Origin: a virus
Lineage: Duplodnaviria; Caudoviricetes
IMG/VR virus record: IMGVR_UViG_2585428000_000009
Location: 1-64,000 of that record
Length of the DNA stretch: 64,000 bases
Strand: one strand, 5' to 3'
Of the stretch, positions 17,341 through 27,137 are shown in pieces (position 1 is the stretch's first letter; every line of letters starts with the position of its first letter). The notes beneath the pieces were generated by a model that searched no databases, had not been told where the DNA came from, and worked only from the letters and a program-made list of their open reading frames with translations. The position numbers and the translations under genes were made by a program.

Positions 17341-17868
17341 ATGGTCGAGTCACACGAGCAGTGGCGTCCAATTGCAGGTTGCGAAGGTCTCTACTCGGTG
17401 TCAGATAGAGGACGAGTCAGGTCCGAACGCCGCATAGTGATGAGATCTAACGGTGTGCCACAACGAATCAATGAACGCATCCTCCGTCAGCAGACTGAAG
17501 AGAAGGGGCATAAGGCCGTCCACATCAGGGTTGACGGAGTGCGTGTGGTACTCAAGGTGCATCAGCTAGTACTCGAAGCCTTCGTCGGGCCGCGACCTCC
17601 AGGAATGGTCGCTTGCCACTACGACGATGACAAAGAGAACAATCAGGTCTCGAATCTCCGCTGGGCTACGTACTCAGACAACATGTCTGATCAAATCCGC
17701 AACGGGACTCACTATCAGCTGAACAAAACACACTGCCCATTGGGTCACCCGTACAATGACGCGAACACTCTCGTATACACGCGCCCCGGTGGTCGACCGG
17801 ACCGCAGGTGTAGGACGTGCCTGCGTGCACGAGCGAAGAAGTACAGGGCTTCGAAGAGAGCCGCATAA
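17341..17868 (+). CDS. NUMOD4-HNH homing endonuclease
   Basis: WRPIAG.EG.YSVSDRGRVRS (NUMOD4); VHQLVLEAFVG, CH.DDDK.NN..SNLRW; KTHCP.GH zinc motif. Confidence 0.9.
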   Translation: MVESHEQWRPIAGCEGLYSVSDRGRVRSERRIVMRSNGVPQRINERILRQQTEEKGHKAVHIRVDGVRVVLKVHQLVLEAFVGPRPPGMVACHYDDDKENNQVSNLRWATYSDNMSDQIRNGTHYQLNKTHCPLGHPYNDANTLVYTRPGGRPDRRCRTCLRARAKKYRASKRAA

Positions 17869-17871
17869 GAG

Positions 17872-18798
17872 CTACTGCAAACCCCAGGGGCGACTCCAAT
17901 GGCGTTGGCAGTACACCTCAACCCGCGCACCGCCCACAGGGGCCGATTCCACCTTCACCGGAAGGTCGGTTTCCGGTGTATAGGGAGGGACCTTGTGGTT
18001 GAAGTAGATGCCGTTCATGCGGCCGATGAGGTTGGTGTCGTAGAAGTCGCGGATGAGCAGCTTTTCGCGGTCGAGTTCGATCCGCGCGCCGCCTTCGACT
18101 TCCGTCAGGGTCGGTAGTGTGATCTTGCGGTTGGCCCACTCGCCGCCCGGTACCCGCTGGTACTTCTTCCCTGTCCATGAGAAGTCTGGGAGGGTCCACT
18201 TGCCCCGTGTGACAACCCATTTCAAAAACATGGGTTGGTCGGTGGGGTTGTAGACCGTGACGAACCCTTCAGAGGTACCCGTGGAGCCGGTCTCGAAGTA
18301 GTCGTAGGGAGTGGTCTCCCATGTGTCTTCGAACCACATCGGCTGATCGGCGGTGACCGCCATTGGAACAACCGACGTACGGGTGATGTGTGGGTCGTGT
18401 TTGGACTCGAAGTTGACCGAGTCCGATAGTGCGAGCCACAGCGACCTGGTTCCGGACCGTGGGGTCGTGATCGACATCTTCGTCAGCGTGGATGTCGGGT
18501 CCCACGGGTCCTTTTCGTAGTCCCATGCGGCTCGCCACTGCGAGTCGAGATCTTCCCAGTCCTCGGGGGTTTCGCCTTTGAGGTTGATGGCGAAGGTGAT
18601 GTCTCGCTGCTGATACTTCTTACCTTGGTAGGTGGCACCTTTTTGGAAGGCCGACGACTTGCGTTTCGTGGTGACCGGCGCGTCGTAGATGCCTTTGACC
18701 TCTGTGGCGAGGTAGATGCGTGGCGACGCGCCGGGTCCGTTGATCACGAGGTGTGAGTCGTCGACGCCGAAGATTTCCACCTTGGCGGACTCACGCAA
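17872..18798 (-). CDS. Distal tail (Dit-like) minor tail protein
   Basis: Follows the tape measure gene; NPTDQPM..KW, W.LPDFSW, WSRPWGL. Confidence 0.85.
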   Translation of the reverse strand: MRESAKVEIFGVDDSHLVINGPGASPRIYLATEVKGIYDAPVTTKRKSSAFQKGATYQGKKYQQRDITFAINLKGETPEDWEDLDSQWRAAWDYEKDPWDPTSTLTKMSITTPRSGTRSLWLALSDSVNFESKHDPHITRTSVVPMAVTADQPMWFEDTWETTPYDYFETGSTGTSEGFVTVYNPTDQPMFLKWVVTRGKWTLPDFSWTGKKYQRVPGGEWANRKITLPTLTEVEGGARIELDREKLLIRDFYDTNLIGRMNGIYFNHKVPPYTPETDLPVKVESAPVGGARVEVYCQRHWSRPWGLQ

Positions 18799-18800
18799 AG

Positions 18801-21800
18801 CTAGTTTCCTCTTGCTGTTTTCGTCAGCGACCGCAGATCAGCGATTTGCTGGAACTTGCGGTAGGCGTCCTGCTGGTCAGCCGGGTAAATGTTGACGATC
18901 ATCGTGTCGTTGTTGCTCGTCAGATTCCCGGCACCGTCGGAGGTGATGACATTCGACGCGCTCACGGGAGTGCCGGCCGTCTGGGCTTGGACGGTGGCCT
19001 GCTGCGCGGCTTGTGTAGCAGCCGCGGTAGCAGCTTTCGCTTTCGCCCAACTGTCAAGGTCCGAGGCGTAGTCGGTGACGACGCTGACGACGGGGATGTC
19101 GCGCGGGTCCGGGATACCGAGCGCTCCCAAATTGGAGTCGATCAGATCATTCAGTCCGGTTTCCCAGACGTTCTTGAACCGGTCCTGCGTTTTGCTCCAC
19201 AGGGATTCCGGGGTGTCGACGCCTGCGTCGTGCTGGGTCTGCTGCCCCACATTCGGCATGGTGAACGACGGATCGGCACCGGTGTCGGTTTGCTGGGGAA
19301 GCGGCTGCGCCTCCTGCGGCATGAACCCCAACTGTTGTGCCAGCTGGCGCAGCAGCCGCCACTGTGGGTTGGTGAGCACCGCCTCAGGCAGTCCCGAGAG
19401 ATTCCAGCCCGCTGTGCCGTGCGGCCAGATGCCGCCTTGGTCGTAGCCGTGGCCGCGACCGATCACGTCAAGGAGCCGATCGCCGTACTTCTGTTCGCCG
19501 TAACGCACCATGGCGTTGGTCATCGCCCACGGGTCACGCCTGCTGTCGGGTAGTGACGGGTCCCTGTATGCCTGCCAGGTGGAGGGGATCATCTGGCCGA
19601 GGCCGACACCGGCTGATTCGCCGGTGCCGTTGACGTCGACGATCTGCTGCGCGATGTTCGGATCGCCACCGGACTCGGTGTCGATTTGGCGGACCCAGGC
19701 GTCGATCTTCTCCGGGGTCGGCTCGTAGCCCTGATTCCGGTAGGCGTCGATCATCATCTGCCGCCACTGCTCCGCGCCAGCGGAGGGGTTGAAGCTGGCC
19801 GATCCGGAGCTGGCCCCGGCGGCGCCGCGCACCTTCCCGATGATCGCTTCGACGACCTTGCCGGCGAGCGCTCGCGGTACAGCACCGAACGCACCGAAGC
19901 CGTCGAACGTCGGGACCTTGTCGACAATCGCGCGCAGCGGGCGCGCGATCAGATCCGCCAGATAGCCGCGGCCACCGGAGACCAGACCGCCGATGCCAGA
20001 CCGGATACGGTCGAACAGGCCCTTCTTCTCCTCATCGGAGAGGTTGGCCATGACCTCGTTCGCGGCCCAGTGAACATGGTCATAGTGGCCGCCCAAGTCG
20101 CCTGCGTAGACGCCGCGCAGGGCCGCTTGGTTGGATGGGTCGATGAAGTTGCCGCCGACGTTGTACAGCAGCGGTCCTGGCCCCCAAATCAGCTGTGCTG
20201 ACTGCGGATACGCGGAGTAGATCCAGTCGGCGATTTGTTGCATCGGGCCGCCGATGTCGATCGCCTGTGCCTTGCCGTGGAACCCGGAATGTCCGGGACG
20301 GTAGGCAGAGTTGATGACCGCGTCGGAGAAGACGCCCTGGATGGTTTCGGCCATCCAGCGGTCGATCTCGCTGCCGAACTGCACTCCCCCGCCGATGGCG
20401 TAGTTCATGTCCAGGGACTGCTGGCCACCGCGCGCGAGCACTGCGCGCCGCATCTGCTGCATGGCTTGATGTCCGCCGGCGGCTTGTACTTCGGCGGCGG
20501 TCCAGACGTGTTCGCCGTTGGAGAGCCACGCGGGCACCTTGTCGGCTGTGGGTCCGCCGGGGCCGTGGATGGGTCCACCCATGGCGCGTTGGAGAGGTTT
20601 GGCGCCGGGGTCGGTTCGCTGCCCGACGCTCGTGCTGATCTTCGGGATGTCGGTCCACGGCTTGTTCAACCCGAGGAGGTCGTCGATCTTGCTCCAGACG
20701 CCACCGATACCCGAATTCAGCAGGTCGATCACGGTGTTGATCGGGCCAGCCAGTTTCGACCCGAGTTCGCCCCAGTTCGCGCCGATCCCGCCGACGATGC
20801 CCTTGAAGTAGTCGGGCATTTTGTCGAACTCGGTGCGGAGTTTGCCGAGCCCGCCTTCGCCGACGATCTCGCTGACAACTCCGCCGAAGGCGGTCGAGAG
20901 GCGAGAGAAACCTTCCCCGCCCGTGAGATAGTCGATGACCGTTCCCGCCGCGGTCTGGAAGGTGTTGAGGTGGTCTTCGCTGTCGTCGGTGGCCGACCCG
21001 ATCACTTTCGTCAAGCCGGGCACATGGCCGATCAGTCCTGAGATCGCGCCCGAGACGCCACCGTCGCTGTTGAGCTTGTCTTTCGCGGTCGCGGCGAACC
21101 CGGCGATGTCCGAGGCCAAGTCGCCGAACCACTTCGCGACCGCCGGAGCCTTCTCCGCAGCCTTGGCTTCCAGACTGTCCCACATGCCGGAAAAGGCATT
21201 GGCCACCTTGTCCGCGATCGGCTGCGGATTGCCGGTGACCAGTTGGCCGAAGTCCCACAGGTTTGAGACGACCCCGGCCTTGTCCTCAAGCCAGTTGACA
21301 GCGCGGATGATCTTGTCGAGTAGATCGCTGACTTCCTTCAGCGAGTCGCGCACTTCCTGGAAGAAGTCGTGGATAGCCTGCTGTCCCTCGGGGCTGGACA
21401 ACCAGTCTGCCCACCGCTGAAACGTCTCAGTGAGCCCCTGCAATTGGCCTTCGCCGACCTCATCGGAACCGGAGAAGATGGCACCGACCACGCCGCCCAG
21501 TGATTTGAGCAGATCGAAGAGCGCGCGGGCGGTATCGAGAGAATCCCGCAGGTAACCGCGAAACCCTTCCTGTCCGTCTGGGCTTTCGGCCCATTCACGG
21601 AATCGGCGGGCCATGTCGGCGAAGCCGTCCGACATCGACGGGAAGAAGTCGGAGCCGACTCCGGCCAACGACAGCAGTCCCTGGAAGATGTCAGTCAGGC
21701 CGCGGATGACGCCGTCGATCGACATCTCCACGTTGTGGAAGATGCGGGCGAGCTTCATCCGAGTCGCGTCGGTGTCGAGATCGGCTAGTGCGCCGCGCAA

Positions 21801-23942
21801 GCTCGTGTTGATCGCGACCGCGATCCGCGACAGCCCGTTCTCCAAGGTCGGCAGCGAGTTGGTCGTCAGCCTGGCGATGTCGTCGCCAAGTCCACGGAAG
21901 AACTGCTCTTGAACCGACTTCTTGAACTCGTCCCAGGCCGGTTTCAGCGCGAGGACCTTCTGCACGAAGTCCTGCGCTGCCGGGGACAGTTTGCCGAGCG
22001 CCGTCTCGAATTCGCCTGCGGCGCTGCCGTTATCGCTCAACGCTTCGGAGACGGCCTGCTGCGCTTCCACCAGGTTCGCTTGTGCTTCGGTCAGCGTCGC
22101 GTGAGCGTCGACCAGTGATTGTTGTGCGTCGGCTTCCGCTTCGGCTGCCGCGGTGACGCGTTCCTTGGCGGAGACGACCTCGTCGGACCCTTCGATGCCT
22201 TTGGCGTTGGCTTCGGCGGTGTCTTCGGCCAATTGGCGGGTGCGGGCGATCGTGTCTTCTTGGTCGACCAGGGCTTGTTTCAGGTTGTGTTGTGCGCGTG
22301 CGCGGTCGATGCCGTCGGCGTCGGGGTCGGCGAAGACCTCGTAGAGCGTTTTGTAGGCTTCGGCGACGCTGAGCGCCGCGCCTTCCTCGTCGAGCCGCGA
22401 CCGTCGCAGGCTGCGGTTCATTTCGTCGATCGACCGTGCGGCGGTCTTGCGGGCCTTGGTCAGGTCCTTCTGCGCATCCAGCGATGCTTTCTGCGCGTCA
22501 CGCACACCCCGCTCTGCGGTGACGATGCCGCGTTCAGCTTGCACTACCGACTTCGCCGCGGCGGCGGCCTGCTTCTGCGCGGAGGCGACCGCTTTGGCTT
22601 TCTGCTCCATCTGCTGCCCAGCGCTGTCGCTGGCCTTCGACGCTGCCGAGAACGCGTCGCCGATGCCTGAGACAGCGAACTTGACCGTCGCGAACACGGA
22701 CACGAGTCCGGCGACCGCGCCGGGCAGGAGCGCGACTACGCCCGCGGCTTGCACGAGTTGGCCGATCAGCGGGACCAGCGACACGGCGGCGAGCGCGACA
22801 AGTCCGATCAACGCCAGGTTGATGACGTTGCTGAGGCTGAAGAAGTTCGAGATCAGGTTGCGTACCGAGTCACCGAGCGCGGAACCGAACCCTTCGAGCC
22901 CGGCACGGAAAAGCCGCCGGAATCCGCCCTGGTTATCACGGGACTCGTCCCGTCGGCGGCGGGCGTTGTTGGCTTCGGTGTCGGCCCGGGACGCGCGTTC
23001 GACAGAGTCGGCGTAGTCGCGGTGCGCGCGCGTGAGGGCCTGCGTCGCGGCGGTGCGCTGCGCGACAGTGGAGTTGGCGCGCGCCATCACTTCGTCGAAC
23101 CGCAGTTGCGCGAGTTGACGCCGGTTGTCGGCGTCGTCGCGGCGGCGCCGTGACTGCTGGACGCGCTGCTCTGTCTGCGCCAGTTCGGCTTCCGCGCGCG
23201 CGAGGGAGTCGCGGTCGAGTTGGACTTGCAGGCGGATGCGGTAGTAGGGGCGGGTGAAGATGTTCCCGCGGCGACGGCTTCCGCTGCCCGTGAGTCCACC
23301 GAATCCGCGCCCGGCCCGGTCGAGATCTCCGTTGAGGCTGCCGACCAGTGACCGCAACGCCAGCAGTTGCGCCATTGCCGCGCCGGTGTCGACGTTGACG
23401 TTGAGGGTGAGCGGGATCGCGTGCTGTGCTGCCCGCCAGGCCGCGAGTTGTTCGGTCGCGGTGGTCAGGTCGACGTCGACGGGCAGCTTGGCTTTGGGCA
23501 GGTTCTTGGTGGCGGCCTTGACTGCGGCCCTGACCCCGGTGGTGCTGACTTTGATGCCGATGGTCGCGTCCACACCCGCCGCTGCGGTGTTGACCTTGTT
23601 GCGGAGGTCGCCGCGGAATCCGGCGGCGAGCTTCGCGCGGGCCTCGATATCCATCCGGATACCGGTGGACGCGGTATTGACCTGGTGGCGCAGGCTGGTG
23701 CGGAATCCCTGTGCCAGAACAGGAGTGGCGTCGACTTTGACCGAGATACCCTGCGCGGCACCGTTGACCATGGTGCGCAGGGTGTTGCGGAAGTTCTTGG
23801 CCAGCTTCGGCTGGACAGTGACATCCAGGTGTTCGCGGATCGGCCGCAGCAGCGCCTTGGTGTCGGCTTTGAACGCGGGATGCAGGCGCGGCCGGAGGGA
23901 GATCCGTGCGGAGCCCGCGTGGTAGGGCGGCCAGGAAGCCAT
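18801..23942 (-). CDS. Tape measure protein with C-terminal peptidase-like and lytic transglycosylase domains
   Basis: 1713 aa, Ala/Gly-rich helical; GG.I.GPGGPT.D.VPA.LS.GEHV; SAYRPG...H....A.D...HYDHVH; QIDTESGGDPN...GLGQMIP. Confidence 0.93.
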   Translation of the reverse strand: MASWPPYHAGSARISLRPRLHPAFKADTKALLRPIREHLDVTVQPKLAKNFRNTLRTMVNGAAQGISVKVDATPVLAQGFRTSLRHQVNTASTGIRMDIEARAKLAAGFRGDLRNKVNTAAAGVDATIGIKVSTTGVRAAVKAATKNLPKAKLPVDVDLTTATEQLAAWRAAQHAIPLTLNVNVDTGAAMAQLLALRSLVGSLNGDLDRAGRGFGGLTGSGSRRRGNIFTRPYYRIRLQVQLDRDSLARAEAELAQTEQRVQQSRRRRDDADNRRQLAQLRFDEVMARANSTVAQRTAATQALTRAHRDYADSVERASRADTEANNARRRRDESRDNQGGFRRLFRAGLEGFGSALGDSVRNLISNFFSLSNVINLALIGLVALAAVSLVPLIGQLVQAAGVVALLPGAVAGLVSVFATVKFAVSGIGDAFSAASKASDSAGQQMEQKAKAVASAQKQAAAAAKSVVQAERGIVTAERGVRDAQKASLDAQKDLTKARKTAARSIDEMNRSLRRSRLDEEGAALSVAEAYKTLYEVFADPDADGIDRARAQHNLKQALVDQEDTIARTRQLAEDTAEANAKGIEGSDEVVSAKERVTAAAEAEADAQQSLVDAHATLTEAQANLVEAQQAVSEALSDNGSAAGEFETALGKLSPAAQDFVQKVLALKPAWDEFKKSVQEQFFRGLGDDIARLTTNSLPTLENGLSRIAVAINTSLRGALADLDTDATRMKLARIFHNVEMSIDGVIRGLTDIFQGLLSLAGVGSDFFPSMSDGFADMARRFREWAESPDGQEGFRGYLRDSLDTARALFDLLKSLGGVVGAIFSGSDEVGEGQLQGLTETFQRWADWLSSPEGQQAIHDFFQEVRDSLKEVSDLLDKIIRAVNWLEDKAGVVSNLWDFGQLVTGNPQPIADKVANAFSGMWDSLEAKAAEKAPAVAKWFGDLASDIAGFAATAKDKLNSDGGVSGAISGLIGHVPGLTKVIGSATDDSEDHLNTFQTAAGTVIDYLTGGEGFSRLSTAFGGVVSEIVGEGGLGKLRTEFDKMPDYFKGIVGGIGANWGELGSKLAGPINTVIDLLNSGIGGVWSKIDDLLGLNKPWTDIPKISTSVGQRTDPGAKPLQRAMGGPIHGPGGPTADKVPAWLSNGEHVWTAAEVQAAGGHQAMQQMRRAVLARGGQQSLDMNYAIGGGVQFGSEIDRWMAETIQGVFSDAVINSAYRPGHSGFHGKAQAIDIGGPMQQIADWIYSAYPQSAQLIWGPGPLLYNVGGNFIDPSNQAALRGVYAGDLGGHYDHVHWAANEVMANLSDEEKKGLFDRIRSGIGGLVSGGRGYLADLIARPLRAIVDKVPTFDGFGAFGAVPRALAGKVVEAIIGKVRGAAGASSGSASFNPSAGAEQWRQMMIDAYRNQGYEPTPEKIDAWVRQIDTESGGDPNIAQQIVDVNGTGESAGVGLGQMIPSTWQAYRDPSLPDSRRDPWAMTNAMVRYGEQKYGDRLLDVIGRGHGYDQGGIWPHGTAGWNLSGLPEAVLTNPQWRLLRQLAQQLGFMPQEAQPLPQQTDTGADPSFTMPNVGQQTQHDAGVDTPESLWSKTQDRFKNVWETGLNDLIDSNLGALGIPDPRDIPVVSVVTDYASDLDSWAKAKAATAAATQAAQQATVQAQTAGTPVSASNVITSDGAGNLTSNNDTMIVNIYPADQQDAYRKFQQIADLRSLTKTARGN

Positions 23943-23964
23943 GCGGCACCGCCTTATTCAGATG

Positions 23965-24420
23965 TCATGGGGTGATGCCCAAGGTGCGGAGGGCTTCGAG
24001 GACGTTGCGGGTGTCTTGCTGGTCGCGGAAGCGCATCTCGGCTGTTTGTGGGCGCGGTTCGGGCGGGAACGGCGGCGGCAACTTACCGGAGAACGACGCC
24101 GGTATTACCCGCATGAGTTCTTTGAGCAGGTCTATCTGCCGCAACAGCAGCAGCACTTCCAGCGAGTAGCCTTCCGGCGAGAGCGGCGGATGCTCCTCCG
24201 GCAGTGGCTGTTTCGCGCGTTCACGGCCGAGGTGTTCGTCCATCGCCAGAGCGGCTTGATACTTGGAATGCGCCTTCAGCTGCCGCAGGAAGCGGTAGAG
24301 CTGCGCCCACGGGTGGCGACCCCTGAAGAAGTCGAGGAGGTCCCATCCGTGGGCGTAGGTCCACAGGTCGGATTCGATTTCGGCCCCGTACTGCTCGATG
24401 AGGAGTACGAGGGCTAAGCG
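23965..24420 (-). CDS. Tail assembly chaperone, -1 frameshift extension (gpGT-like)
   Basis: The -1 frame is open from the slippery site G GGG GGC (24420-24426): LIEQYGAEIESDLW...LLDFFRGRHPW... Confidence 0.8.
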   Translation of the reverse strand, partial: RLALVLLIEQYGAEIESDLWTYAHGWDLLDFFRGRHPWAQLYRFLRQLKAHSKYQAALAMDEHLGRERAKQPLPEEHPPLSPEGYSLEVLLLLRQIDLLKELMRVIPASFSGKLPPPFPPEPRPQTAEMRFRDQQDTRNVLEALRTLGITP

Positions 24421-24800
24421 CCCCCCGGCAGCGCGCCCACTTCCTCACCGGGATCGGCGTCGAAGTGATCGCTGATGTCGGCAATGAACGGCAACAGCAC
24501 TTCCGCGGGTTCGTCCTTGATGACCGCCCACACCCGATCGAAGGCGTCCCCGAGGACGGTGCGCACCAGGTCACGCATGCGGGTGGGGTCGACTTCGCCC
24601 TTGCGGTCGACCAGCTCCAGCAGCGCAGTCAGGCGCTCGATGGAATCGGGGGCGGTGATCTCCACGGGCGGCTCGCAGCCGTCGAACAGATACGGCGGCT
24701 TCGGTTTGTGCTGGGCGCGCGCCTCGTCCCGTAGGGTCGCCCAACGCGACTTCTTCGGCGCTTCGACCTCGATGGGTGCGGTCTTCTTGGCAGCAGCCAT
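24414..24800 (-). CDS. Tail assembly chaperone (gpG-like)
   Basis: Between the major tail and tape measure genes; ends at the slippery G-run. Confidence 0.85.
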   Translation of the reverse strand: MAAAKKTAPIEVEAPKKSRWATLRDEARAQHKPKPPYLFDGCEPPVEITAPDSIERLTALLELVDRKGEVDPTRMRDLVRTVLGDAFDRVWAVIKDEPAEVLLPFIADISDHFDADPGEEVGALPGGA

Positions 24801-24826
24801 GATGGTGTCCTCCTGGCGGACGGGGG

Positions 24827-25015
24827 TTACTTGCTGGTGGGCTTGCGGTCGACGGCGGCGGATCGGTCGGTCACCCGTGGGGCGGGCTTGGGTTCGGGTT
24901 TGCGTTCCGGGGCGAGCGTGTAGCCCTTGGTGCGCAGCTGCTCACGTTCGGTGGCGGAGCCGGCGACGTATTCGCGGCCGTCGGGGGCGACCATGCGGAC
25001 GGGAGTGAATGCCAT
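24827..25015 (-). CDS. Small hypothetical phage protein
   Basis: RBS AGGAGA; V.M..PDGRE....S..E...L...GY pattern. Confidence 0.6.
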   Translation of the reverse strand: MAFTPVRMVAPDGREYVAGSATEREQLRTKGYTLAPERKPEPKPAPRVTDRSAAVDRKPTSK

Positions 25016-25111
25016 GAGATGTCTCCTGACCTGGCAGACGGTGAGGGCGTGGGAGCCTGCCCCGCGCGCGGCCAGGAACACGCGCGGGGCGGCTGCTCGG
25101 GTACGCGCGGG

Positions 25112-26020
25112 TTACGCGTAGGTGAGGTTGACCGGAGCCGAGGCGCCGGTCGCGTTGGTGACGACCACCGGGTAGGAGCCCGCGGCCTTCGCCGGCGAGA
25201 TGAGCGCCAGCGTGGTGTCGGAGATGACGTTGAACGCCACCGAGGCGCCGTCGACGGTGACGCCGGTGGTGCCGGTGAAGTGCTGGCCCATGACCTCGAT
25301 GACCTCACCACCCGCCGCGGCGGCGGTGGCCGGATCGAAGGAGGTGATGGTGGGTGCCGACGCGGTGGCGGTGAAGCCCATGTCGGCGAGCAGGCCAGCG
25401 ACGCCGGGACCGCAGATGACGTTCTTCAGCGAGTAGCCGAGGTCTTCGTCGATCTTCGCGCTCCAGGTGACGTTGTAGGACAGGCTGCCGTCCTGCGACC
25501 AGGTTTGCTCGCCGACCTGGGTGACGGTGGCGCGCGGCAGAATACGCAGAATCCAGATCTGATCTGCGCCGGAGCCGTCGACCATGCCGAAAATCAGGCG
25601 GTGGTAGCGGGTTTCGGGAGCGGTCGGGTCGGCGTACTGGATTTCCGACGTGGTGGCGTCGGCGGTGATCGCCGACAGGTCGATACCCGAATACAGCTCG
25701 AGGGCACGACGCCGCGTCTCCAGCAGGGTCGTGGACACGGTCACCTTGCGGGAGATGATGTCAGTGCGCGGCGGCTCAAGAGCACCCCAGGCTTCCACGT
25801 CGCTCGATTCGATCTCGGGCGAGAAGGCGGGCGGTGCGTCCTTGGCGGTGAAGCCGAGGGAGTCGAAGCCGGTGAGGGCCTGGAATTCGGCGGACACACC
25901 GCTTGTGAAGGCTGCGGGGATGACCGCGCTCATGTCGCCGATCAAGACAAAGCCTTTGTTCGGGCGGCGAATGAGCGACGGCTTCCAGTCCGCGACCTGG
26001 TCGAAAGTGACAGCAGGCAT
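25112..26020 (-). CDS. Major tail protein with C-terminal IPT/TIG (Ig-like) domain
   Basis: LGF..KD, VEAWG..EP.RTDI; APTITSFDP...GG....V.G..FTG...VT IPT signature. Confidence 0.9.
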   Translation of the reverse strand: MPAVTFDQVADWKPSLIRRPNKGFVLIGDMSAVIPAAFTSGVSAEFQALTGFDSLGFTAKDAPPAFSPEIESSDVEAWGALEPPRTDIISRKVTVSTTLLETRRRALELYSGIDLSAITADATTSEIQYADPTAPETRYHRLIFGMVDGSGADQIWILRILPRATVTQVGEQTWSQDGSLSYNVTWSAKIDEDLGYSLKNVICGPGVAGLLADMGFTATASAPTITSFDPATAAAAGGEVIEVMGQHFTGTTGVTVDGASVAFNVISDTTLALISPAKAAGSYPVVVTNATGASAPVNLTYA

Positions 26021-26103
26021 GTGGTTTGGTCCTTATTTCAGACACACCCAGAAACCCGCGGCCAGCACATGGGCGGCGGGTGGTGTGCGAGAGGTGAAGA
26101 GGG

Positions 26104-26481
26104 TTAGGCGCGTGGTCGGCGGTAGGACAGCCGGACCGTGGCGGTGACACCGCGCGCGTCGCGTTGGACGGGCGGAATGTATTGCCCGCCGGTGCGTTCC
26201 TCGGCTGTGTCGATCAGGTATCCGCCTGGCGCGGTGTTGCCTGCGGCGCGGATACGTTCCTGCCCAGCGGTTTTCAGCAGCTTGGATTCGGCGCGGCTGG
26301 CGGCGACGTATTCGACGTCGATCACGGGATTGTCGGCGATGCCGTCTTCGGTGCCGCCGACACGGGTCACGTAGATGTAGGGCGGGTCGATCTCGTCGCT
26401 TTCGAACGTCACGACGGGGGCGATGTCGTCGAGTAGCGCGCGCATGACGTCGTCGAATTCGGGATACGGCGGCAGCGCCAT
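26104..26481 (-). CDS. Tail terminator
   Basis: P.I.V.RVGG.....D.P.IDV pattern; position. Confidence 0.8.
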   Translation of the reverse strand: MALPPYPEFDDVMRALLDDIAPVVTFESDEIDPPYIYVTRVGGTEDGIADNPVIDVEYVAASRAESKLLKTAGQERIRAAGNTAPGGYLIDTAEERTGGQYIPPVQRDARGVTATVRLSYRRPRA

Positions 26482-26777
26482 CAGTCGCTCACATCCTGGA
26501 TGAAGTCGTGCATGACATGCTCGGCTCGGTTCCATCTGGTGCCGTGTTCGCGGAAGCGTGCGTAGTGGCCGGAGGCGTAGACGATGCCTTCCTGGACGCC
26601 GTCCTCGCCGGGCATGACGTCAGCCTCCACGTGGGTGGCGTTGAAACCCGTTCGCCATTTGGAGCGCAGCGCCCACCGGTCGGAGCCTTGTTCGGCGAGT
26701 TCTTTTAGGAAGTCCCGCAGCTCAGGGCTTTCACGAAGCAGCTTGTCGAGGTCGTTGTCAGTTCCGTCGTATTCCAC
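26481..26777 (-). CDS. Neck / HK97 gp10-like protein
   Basis: RTG...YA...EHGT motif; position. Confidence 0.7.
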   Translation of the reverse strand: MEYDGTDNDLDKLLRESPELRDFLKELAEQGSDRWALRSKWRTGFNATHVEADVMPGEDGVQEGIVYASGHYARFREHGTRWNRAEHVMHDFIQDVSD

Positions 26778-27132
26778 TGCCGCCGTCCTTCGCGATACGG
26801 AAGCGGACCCCGCTGCTCCAGCCGGTGAAGCTGTTCGGGGTGTCGCGGACTTGGCCGTCGATGACGAACTCACGCCCATCCGACAGTCGAATCCGGTCGG
26901 AAGCAAGCACATCCGAGCCAGCCGGGGCGGTCACCTGAGCGACAAGCACCAGCAGTTCACCGCTGGTGTTGTCCTCGGAATCGGTCACCCACTTCAGGTC
27001 ACACGGACCGATCTGATGCGTAGCTTCCGCGCCGATCGGGTCGCCCTGCCAGTCCTTGGCGTTCGCGGTGCCGCGGCGCACGACGGTCAGCATCGTGCCG
27101 TACGGGTAGCTGGGCGGCTGGTAGTTCACCAT
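26758..27132 (-). CDS. Head-to-tail stopper (head closure)
   Basis: D..GDP, AP.GSDV.ASDRI, F.IDG, FTGW..G. Confidence 0.8.
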   Translation of the reverse strand: MVNYQPPSYPYGTMLTVVRRGTANAKDWQGDPIGAEATHQIGPCDLKWVTDSEDNTSGELLVLVAQVTAPAGSDVLASDRIRLSDGREFVIDGQVRDTPNSFTGWSSGVRFRIAKDGGSGIRRN

Positions 27133-27137
27133 CGTCG

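Noticed and set aside
17271-17900. Group I intron housing the HNH gene
   Set aside because: Both flanking tail genes appear complete and there is almost no flanking sequence for an intron core; it is free-standing.
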